Shown piece by piece: positions 54,300 through 64,000 of a DNA stretch of 64,000 nucleotides. The stretch lies in contig OX597814.1 of NCBI GenBank assembly GCA_951406725.2, positions 159,960,001 to 160,024,000 on the forward strand, given 5' to 3'. Both the position numbers and the translations under genes were made by a program. The notes under the pieces are model-generated. The model was not told the DNA's origin. It saw only the letters and a program-made list of their open reading frames with translations, and did no database searches. Each line of letters starts with the position of its first letter. The stretch's first letter is position 1. The stretch comes from Octopus vulgaris (Eukaryota).

Positions 54300-54845
54300 A
54301 ACATAGTAGAATACAGTATAAAGCTCTCTGATCCACTTTCACATTTAAACTGTGCTTTCCAGGTTTGCGTTTGGGCATCTGTCGTGTGTGAATAGATAAT
54401 TGAAAAAATTGGAGTCAGCAAGAAGGGTACGGTTGGACATTTATTTTTTAATCACTACAATTGTTTGCATGCAATGTAGTTCTCCAGATGTGCAGGTACT
54501 TGATTAAGAAACTATTTCCCTGCATTATGAGATCTAGTTGTGTTTCCTCAGGTGATATGTAAACATTGTCTCTGTAAATTTAAAATCCTCGGCTTCAAGA
54601 ACATTCTATCTCTCTGTCGTGGCCTTAATTTAGTAGTAGTCACAAAGCTTATCAGGGTATGTTGTTAGTGAAGGGCCGTTGGCAAACTGCTTTGAATGCG
54701 TAAATGTAGTGGGATGGTGATTTTCGTACTCTTAAAGTGGTTGCCATTTTAAAGAGATTGGTATTTTATTTCTTTGTACTGTTGATTTGTTCTTCATGGT
54801 TGGTTACACATATGATTCTCCTTAGCTGGCCTTTAAGATTCAACA
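54300..54845 (-). mobile_element. Possible degenerate Penelope-like coding remnant
   Basis: Minus-strand fragments NLKGQLRRII and Cys-containing CKQL..KCPT..FKCESGS, interrupted by stops; weak resemblance only. Confidence 0.3.
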
Positions 54846-55576
54846 CTCGGATCAATACACGCATATATGCGCGCGCGCACACACTCGCACACATATATAC
54901 ATTCACATACATACACATATATAAAATCTACACACACATATACATACGGATATATACACACGCTCACATATACGGATATGTACGCGCACTCACGTACATA
55001 TATATAAGCACACCTACACTCGCTCGCATATACATACACAGATGCTCGCGTGTGCATACACACACTTACACACATGTATACATATCTACTTACACACACC
55101 CACGCACACACCCACTCACACTATACATATAAATATATATATTCACTCACAAATTTAAAAAAAGAGTAGCTTATTAGCAATTAAATAAAGGCGATTTTAT
55201 AGAGGTCAAAAAAGTGACAGATGGTACTGACTAGCACAGTTTTTGTTAAAATTACTCAAAGCCACAAGAACACTGAACTTAATGACTGCATAGCCGGATC
55301 GCAATTTCGGATTTTGATGCAGGTCATCTTAATCTTCATTAGCAACTCTTAAAGCCTAGAGTTAAACACGACTGCCTCAATCAGTCTTATAAGAAAAACC
55401 GTTGAAAACGTGCTGATTTTCAAAACGGTAAAAGTGTAAACAATAAATTTAAAATGTGAGGCTTATTAGCAATTAATGCATAAAGGCAAAATTAATAGGT
55501 CACAAAAGTGACTATATATATATATATATATATATATTTTTTTTATCTCCTTGTTTTTTCTGTGTCCCTTTCTGTA

Positions 55577-55972
55577 GAATTTTTGGGGAAAATTTTAAAA
55601 AAATTTTTCAAAAATATTTGTGGAAAATTTTCAAAAAATTTTCAAAAAATTTTCAAAAACTTTTTCAAAGATTTTGGGGAAAATTTTCAAAACATTTTTG
55701 AAAAATATTTGGGGAAAATTTTCAAAATATGTTCAGAAAATTTTTCAAAAATTTTGGGGAAAACTTTCAAAAAATTTTTCAAAAATTTTAGGGGAAAATT
55801 TTCAAAAAATTTTCAAAAAATTTTTCAAAAATTTTTGGGGGAAATTTTCAAAAAATTTTTCAAAACTTTTTGGGAGAAGATTTTCAAAAATTTTTCAAAA
55901 ATCTTTGGGGTAAATTTTCAAAAAATGTTTCAAAAATTTTGGGGGAAAATTTTCAAAAAATGTTTCAAATTT
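55577..55972. repeat. Minisatellite of ttttcaaaaaattttt / ggggaaaa units
   Basis: Directly visible; produces the F/K-rich ORF 55508-56143. Confidence 0.9.
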
Positions 55973-56391
55973 ATGTGTACACGTGCGTATATGTGTATAA
56001 ATATATTTTGTACGAGGAAAAGGCCCCCCCCCCACGTCCTATGGACGGGGCTGAATTGTCAAACATTTAAACCAGATTTACTCAAAACAACTTGTCCGAC
56101 CAACCCATACGCCTCCCCTTTGAGAAACACTGATTTAACCTAAATTTGAGACACCAGCAAAAGAAGAAATAAAGACAGACTTTTTTCTATTCCAAAGAAA
56201 AACAATTTTATTCACTTTAGCGATCGCATTCTCACCTGGAATCGGTTTTTGTAATTTTTTCAAGACTTATACACGCCCTGATATCGTCGGTACCTACATA
56301 TCAAATTTGAGCGCAATCGGATGGAGGATGCCCAAGATCCTAGAAGACACACAGACACACAGACAGAACGGATTTTATATAATAGATGTGT

Positions 56392-56429
<38 letters not shown>

Positions 56430-56455
56430 GCACACATGCACGCACACACGCACAC

Positions 56456-56523
<68 letters not shown>

Positions 56524-56889
56524 GAAAGCAACTTCAGCAAAATCATCGAAAACACACACGTCGTACACACAGAAGCCGAAAGCATATTGGTCGAAAGACG
56601 TAATCGTAGAAAGACTTTGAAATGCATCGAAGCTTAATGACAGCTAGTTTTAAACAACTTATTGCAATTTTTAATCAAGGACAAATTTTTTTTTAATCAA
56701 ATATATTTTCTTTTGAGTAAATATGTGTGTGCGCGTTTGTTACTTATTGCATCCTACAAAGAATACAAACATTTGAAAGTTCTTTTCAGACAATAGCGAT
56801 TATCATGGCTTCTAACAGAGCCACATCACAGCAGACTTCGAGAGCGAAATATGGTCGAATATATATACTCAATAATTTAACTGGTATGA

Positions 56890-57122
56890 AGACGGCGAGC
56901 TGGCAGAAACGTTAGCACGCCGGGCGAAATGCGTAGCCGTATTTCGTCTTCCGTTACGTTCTGAGTTCAAATTCCGCCGAGGTCGACTTTGCCTTTCATC
57001 CTTTCGGGGTCGATTAAATAAGTACCAGTTAATCACTGGATTCGATGTAATCAACTTAATCCCCTTGTCTGTCCTTGTTTGTCCCCTCTATGTTTAGTCC
57101 CTTATGGGCAGTAAAGAAATAG
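56890..57122 (+). mobile_element. SINE family B copy
   Basis: Near-identical to 42154-42390. Confidence 0.9.
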
Positions 57123-57928
57123 ATAATTTAACAGGTATCGACCCATGAAGAATGACAAACAAAGGTGACAATATCGGTATCCGATCGTAGACGCTAAAGA
57201 AAAGTAACTCAGTAACGCAAACTATTTTAAGCTATGCTCTACGAGTTCATCGCTACGTCATCCATGATCGCCCGTGCAATAATTATTTCTAGCTTATGCA
57301 CACAGTTAGAACAATCCAATGCACATTAGTATTTCACCCATAATCATTATGTCGAGTACATTTTTCTGAAAGACACTAATGATCTTGTTATGTAAATGTT
57401 TATATTTTAGGATTATCGCAAGCTGTTATCAAACTGTGTAGATTAATTCTGATTTATACATTAGCGATGTTTTAATTTTTGAATTTAAAATATGACATTT
57501 GATTCAAATGGCGATAAATCATCGCATGATATATATATGATATATATATGATATATATATATATGATATATATTATATATATAATATATATTATATATAT
57601 ATATATAATATATAATATAATATATATTATATATATATATACATATATACATATATACATATATATACAGTTTCCGTCTACCAAATCACAAGGCTTTGGT
57701 CGGCCCGAGGCTATAGTAGAAGACACTTGCCCAAGGTGCCGCGCAGTAGGACTGAGCCCGGAACCATGTGGTTGGTAAGCAAGTTAATTACCACACAGCC
57801 ACTCCTGCAGTAAAAGGTATATATATATATATACATACATGTATATATGTGTGTGTGTATACATATTTATATACAGACATGTACATACATATACATATGT
57901 ATGTATATACGTATTGTATGTAATTGTA

Positions 57929-57974
<46 letters not shown>

Positions 57975-58339
57975 TAGATATTTAAATACAGAGAGAGAAA
58001 GAGAGAGAAAACATAGATATAGTAGTAAGTTCTAATTAGATCTAGCCCGAAATCTTGCAAGAAGAGTTGATTCCACAGACGGTATATTAAGGGCCCGATG
58101 GTGGTGCTTCAACTGGGTGACGCATAAATTCTGCCTCACAAGAATAGAAAGGGTTCTTTCTCCGAGGGACTTCCAAAGTTTCCATCTATCACTCTAACAC
58201 ACAAAGTCTTTGGTACAAATCACTTGGCTCGAACCCAAAATGATGTACATGCTAAGTAAACCAATCATATGAGTGTATATACATACACATATGTATGTAT
58301 GTATGTATGTATGTATCTCTTTCTCTTTCTCTCTCTCTT

Positions 58340-58403
<64 letters not shown>

Positions 58404-58738
58404 TCCTGTACCCATATATGCATGTATATATACATATATATGTAGGTATGTACATATATGTATGAATATAGGCATATACATATATATATATATAACTTAG
58501 AATAACTTAGAAAGGTTTTGGCCAGTATTGGCCATGTCTAACTTAATAGCACCACCTGGCGAAGTCTTTCAGTTCAGGATTTGGGCACCAAGGCCCATTC
58601 GAGCAGAGAGTTAGTGTTTGCGGAGACATATCCGGGTGTGGGTGGTTTGTCCGGTACTGTTTGAAGGAATTTGTCCAAAGACTTATTATTTATATTATTA
58701 TATGATCGAACGCCACGCATCCTTTTCTAAGTTATATG

Positions 58739-58815
<77 letters not shown>

Positions 58816-59484
58816 GTACTTGGAGAAGAAGAAGAACGGAACGAAACGAACGAATCGAATCGAATCGACGCGAGGGCGCTGTCAAACAATAGTGTCATAA
58901 ATAAAATATATGCATACATACAAACATATATGTACGTACCTACATTTACATGTACATATACATGCATATATAAATACTCCGTCTAAGCCAGAAAAAAGGC
59001 CTTTCGTTTGTTTTCTTGTTTATTTTTATTTCTCGTATTGTTTTTTCTTGTACATGTATTTTTATCTTGTAATTTATTTTGTATTTTTATTTGTATCGTT
59101 TTCACGTCCTGTTTGGGTTACATTTTATTTTTTTCTTTCTTGTTTTTACCCCTCTGCGAAGTAATTTTATTTTAATTCTCTCGCAGGAAGGGCTAGTTTC
59201 GACGAGTCGTGTTCTGTCTTACCTTCGAAACACGCTAGAGTCGAACTAGGGACAGCTGATGAAGGGGATTTTTCCTTGTGTAGTTCGTCTTGTACTCTGT
59301 TTTTCTGTTGTAAAAAAATGGTTTGTTCCATGCTTGTTTTTCCGTTTTCGTTTCTCGTTGAGTTCTACGTCTAGTTGTGGTGTCCTGTACTTACGTATAT
59401 ATTTATATATGCATGTATATGTACATGAAGATGTAGGTACGTACATATATGTTTATATGTATGCATATATTATATTTATTACAC

Positions 59485-59519
<35 letters not shown>

Positions 59520-59528
59520 ATGTATATA

Positions 59529-59574
<46 letters not shown>

Positions 59575-59624
59575 TGTGTATATATATATATGTATGTATA
59601 TATATATATGTATATATATATATA

Positions 59625-59815
59625 TAGGGAAAGTTTACGAAAAAAGCAAAAGACGAAGACAGGTGATGTACAAAACAAACAGATGTATTAGTATAACGCT
59701 CAGGAATAGAAAAAATCTTTTACGTTTCGAGCCTACGCTCTTCTACAGAAAGGGACACAGAAAAAACAAGGAGAGAAAATAATGTGTGTAGTGGCTAACG
59801 ATCTATCATGGCGAC
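59625..59815 (-). mobile_element. Penelope-like terminal fragment with hammerhead-like core
   Basis: Minus strand ctttCTGTAGAagagcgtaggctcGAAAcgTAaaag (59717-59752); same family as the 2976-3208 arms. Confidence 0.55.
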
Positions 59816-60341
59816 TACATATATATATGTATATATATATATTTCCACCAGGAACACATTGATTTCAAATTTTTATCCTTTTCGGATTCGTAGTTGTTGG
59901 TACGTTATCACAGTTTGGTCTCTGTACGACGACTGTAACACAGAATTGTCGATTGAATAACAAGGTTAAAGTTGATAACTGGCAAGAAGACATTTAAAGT
60001 ATTTTGGCCAAGCTAACACGGCTTAATCAACACAAGTGCTACATAGTGAAACTAAATGAAAAGGTTAAACAACGAGATTTGATCAGCGAAATTTCAAAAA
60101 TATTTTAAACAAACGATGTTTTTTTGTAGATTCTTTATTTGATTAATTTAAAGATTTTACGGATGCAAATATTCGCCCACACTATATTTATGCATACATG
60201 CATATATTGATACATGCGCGCGTGCATACATACGTACCTTACATACAAAACGTCACATACGCATGCTTTGATCTAATAGATCTAACATCCACAATGGCTC
60301 ACACAGGTACACACAACACACACACAAGCACACATACACAC

Positions 60342-60372
<31 letters not shown>

Positions 60373-60388
60373 TGTATGTATGTTTGTG

Positions 60389-60457
<69 letters not shown>

Positions 60458-60512
60458 GCAAGTATACATTCACACTCATATACATACATGTACATAAATG
60501 TGTGTGTGTGTA

Positions 60513-60560
<48 letters not shown>

Positions 60561-61259
60561 CATACATATATATATATATATGTATGTATATATAAATACA
60601 CACACACATACACTCATATATATATATATACACACATATATATATATACACATATATATATACACATATATATATATATATAGATATATATATACATATA
60701 TACATATTTATATATATATATATATAACGTATGTATGCATACACACACATATATGAATATGGACGATGCGTCCGTCTGTGCATGTGTTTAATATCTATGT
60801 GTGTACGTGCGTGCGCGCGTGTGTTTCTATGAGAGCGCAGGCGTGCATGTGTGATTGAGTGCGTGATTGCAATGAAGCAATTGAGAATTGTTTTCTCAAA
60901 ATTCTTAACTTTTACTGCAAAGTTCACAGTGTCTTGAGGAAAAAAGAAGAAAAAAAAGCTAAGACAAATAAACAAACAAACAAAGCAAAAAACAACTGCA
61001 GCAACAAGATTTACATTTTCTTAGTAAAACTTAGTAAAATATGATGGTGTTAGTGGTGGTGGTGGTGGTGATGTAGTGCTGGGTAAGAAATGTCAGCAGT
61101 AAGAACAAATATGAACTGTTTGACAATGTAATTGAAAATTGCTTTGTATAGGATGGTAGTGTACCTAGACCAATAGATTTGAAGACAAGTCAAATACGCA
61201 ATCACTTCTAGGATAGCAGCAGCAGCGGCAGCATCATCATCATCATCAGCAGCAGCAGC

Positions 61260-61291
<32 letters not shown>

Positions 61292-61815
61292 CAGCATATA
61301 TATACGCAGTGAGAAAGAGGCGAAACAGGTAGGAAAAAAAAGAATGAAGATTGTAAGACAGAAGAGAAGAAAGAAAGATAGAAAGAACGGAAGAAGAAAA
61401 AATGGGAGAAAAGGGGGAAAATGTATAGAAGGAAATGATAGAAGGGAGAAAAGAAGAAAGAATGAGTTATAAATAGATGGAAGGAATGAAGAAGGAAGAA
61501 AAAGAAGAAATAGAAAGGAATGAAGAATGAATGATGATAGAGAGAAACTGAGAAGAATAAATGACAGAAAGGAAGGGAAAAATGAAGAAACAAAGATATA
61601 AAGAATGAAAGAAAAGAAGAAAAATGAAAGATGGAAGGAAGAAAGCAACTAGATTGAAATTTATTTCCTTTTCTTTTCCCTCTGGCATTCTTTTCCATTC
61701 CCTCCTATGAGTTACTTCCCTTAGCGTGACGCGAAAGGTAGGTAGGTAGGTAGGTAGGAACATACTATCATATTAATGTATAGATTGTGACACACACACA
61801 CACACACACACACAC

Positions 61816-61848
<33 letters not shown>

Positions 61849-61850
<2 letters not shown>

Positions 61851-61997
61851 TCAAAACTGTTTAATTCTGATTCCGTGCTACTTCAAGTTTCAAAGCTCCT
61901 TTTTCATCAGGTTGATAAGAATTCGATGCTTACCAGCCTGACGTTAGGGGCTTCGAAACTTGAAGTAGCATGGAATCCGAATCAAACTGTTTTGAAT
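61849..61997. ncRNA. Palindrome carrying two opposed type-I hammerhead-like ribozyme remnants
   Basis: Plus: ccagc CTGACGT taggggcttc GAAA cttgaag TA gcatgg. Minus: CTGATGA aaaaggagcttt GAAA cttgaag TA gcacgg. Confidence 0.55.
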
Positions 61998-62361
61998 AAT
62001 ACATGTAACTCCTAACAAATGTATTGAGTGCCCTTTCTTACGTGTCTATCACATTCGTGAGGGATCGATGCTAGATGGGTCGAAAGAATCGTAGTGGTTA
62101 ATAAACATTCTCGTGTCTTCCGTCTTTCGTCTCTCATTAACCATATACATACATACATACATACATACATACATACATACATACATACATACATACGTAC
62201 GTACATACGTACATACATACATACATACATACATACATACATACATACATACATACATACATACATACATGTGTGTGTGTGTGTGTTACGGCGGTGCCAC
62301 AGTTTGGCCACAGCTCTCGAGCTGAAACTAGTAAAGAACAAAAAGCGTGTGTATGTATGGA

Positions 62362-62635
62362 TTAGGTTTATCGATTTTAATATGCTACATGTAATACATT
62401 AATCGATTTTAATACGTTATACATATTAGATTATAGATTCTAGTATTTTATAACGTGTTAGGCTTATCGATTCTAGGAAAGTAGATATATTGAGTTTAGT
62501 GATTCTAGTATGTTAAATGTGCTTGAGTTATCGATTCTAGCGCATTTAATATATTAGGTTTATCGATTCTGGTATATTATATGTAATAGATTTATCAATT
62601 GCAGCATGTTAAATGAATAAGATTTATCGAATTTA
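62362..62635. repeat. Degenerate ~32-bp minisatellite (ttaggtttatcgattctagtatgttatatgta-like)
   Basis: Recurrent ttatcgatt(c/t)ta motif at ~32-bp spacing. Confidence 0.75.
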
Positions 62636-63419
62636 ATTTTTTAGCGTCAGCTGTCACTCGCGAAAGAGTATGACACGGTAACATGTACCATGCTTTCACT
62701 AATTGTGTTAGGTGCTCATGTAATCGCTAGCAGACGAATTAGAATTTTGGCACAAGGCCAGCAATTTCGGGGCAGAGGAAAAGTCATTTCATCGACACCA
62801 GTACTCAACTAGTACTTCTTTTATCGACCTCGAAAAGATGGAAGGCAAATTCGCGAAGTCGACCGCGGCGGAATTTGAACTCAAAACGTAAAGACGGAAG
62901 AAATGCCTCTAAAGATTTTGCTTGGGATACTAATGATTCCGTCAGCTCACTGCCTTAGGCTGTATGAAAATAATGCAAAGTATCGTCTGTCTTTCTGAAA
63001 TCCTTGCTGTTAGTATTGATATTAAAACTAAATTGCTAAATTTCAGGAGTCTTTAGCTTTGCCTTCTGTATCAATAAAAATGCTCCTGTCGTCAACAAAC
63101 ATCAACAAATTCGGCGATATGTCCATTACGTCCAAAGCGTCACCACGTAAGGAACTTTCGTAAGAGCTTTCTTCATTATTACATTGATCACTCGAGTGAA
63201 AAATAGAAACGGAAGCACACAACCTTGTTTAAGGAATATTCAAAAAAGAATATAGCTGGGTTTTTTTAGCATTAATTTCCATTGAACAAGCCCAATCGTT
63301 CGCCACACACTTGCAGTAGCAATCGAATAAGCATACTTGATATGCCTTTAGCTTTACGACACTTTCAGATTACCATTTTATATATTCTACCTCATTCATC
63401 CTGCGGGCTGCGACCATAG

Positions 63420-63497
63420 AGAGGTACTGACAATAAAAGTGAAACAGGAGAACGTCTCGTTCTGCAGTCAAATACTCTACCACTGAGTTGTACCTCC
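63420..63497 (-). pseudogene. tRNA-Cys(GCA) pseudogene
   Basis: Minus strand GGAGGTACAACTCAGTGGTAGAGTATTTGACTGCAGAACGAG closely follows the eukaryotic tRNA-Cys 5' half; acceptor GAGGTAC/GTACCTC pairs; T-arm/B box disrupted. Confidence 0.75.
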
Positions 63498-63719
63498 AAC
63501 GCTATATATTATATGGAATGCAGCTTTAAAATCAATTTAAATTCGAAGCCGATTTTAGATTCTACCAATAAAGCACTTGGAAAACTGTACTCAAAGAAGT
63601 GTTCATGAATTAGAGAAGAAAAAAACCCCATTAAATTTAGAAATGTTGATGAAACAACACAGCAAATTGTTTAGTGTTGATTTATTTACTGCTCGCCCGA
63701 CGTCAATCGTTAAGAATAC

Positions 63720-64000
63720 GTACACTGAGACCCCCTTCGGTCACGACACAGACCATGGGATTGCAGCTAGAAAGTTTCCCTCCCAGGCACAAGTCCGAGC
63801 AAGGTTGTTTATGGAAGACCAGCAGTCGCCCATGCATACCATCCTCACCTCCCCACGCCACCAGTGTTATCCAAGGGAAAGGCAAAGGCCGAAACAGCTT
63901 GGCTGCTTATGACGTCGCAACTCATTTCTACAACTGAGCGAACTGGAGCAGCGTGAAATAATGTGCCTTGCTCAAGAACACAACACACAGCCTCACAATC
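63720..64000 (-). mobile_element. SINE-like repeat running off the window end
   Basis: actggagca..gtgaaata...cttgctcaagaacacaac is shared with 14790-14855. Confidence 0.6.

Noticed and set aside
55508-56143. 211-aa F/K-rich ORF
   Set aside because: Arises from a stop-free minisatellite.
58500-58680. Minus-strand GAIKLDMAN resembling an RT LDxxKAFD motif
   Set aside because: KAFD is missing and there is no supporting RT context.
59222-59270. GAAAC...GTC...CTGATGA as a permuted hammerhead
   Set aside because: No convincing stem I or stem III pairing.
62362-62635. Regularly spaced repeats as a CRISPR-like array
   Set aside because: Units are contiguous and degenerate with no unique spacers; eukaryotic context with no cas genes.

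Overview
AT-rich, microsatellite-dense animal genomic DNA. The SINE, RTE, Dong and Helitron repertoire points to a coleoid cephalopod, probably Octopus (inference, no search run). Nearly all ORFs in the supplied track are microsatellite artefacts. The left ~29 kb looks like the intron-rich 3' part of a host gene on +. Three short exons, none matching an ORF-track reading frame (533-597, 5341-5431, 15690-15790), splice in frame to an unidentified 75-aa C-terminus, and a likely non-coding exon follows from 17451. This left part is CpG-depleted, while the right ~35 kb retains CpG and looks intergenic. Mobile DNA includes two tRNA-derived SINE families, RTE LINE 3' fragments, a 5'-truncated R4/Dong element inside a (TAA)n tract, an internally deleted mariner, hAT/pogo MITEs, non-autonomous Helitrons and Penelope-like remnants. 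Two tRNA pseudogenes are present. The most unusual signals are short palindromes carrying paired minimal hammerhead-ribozyme-like cores, a perfect 158-bp palindrome and two pre-miRNA-like hairpins.
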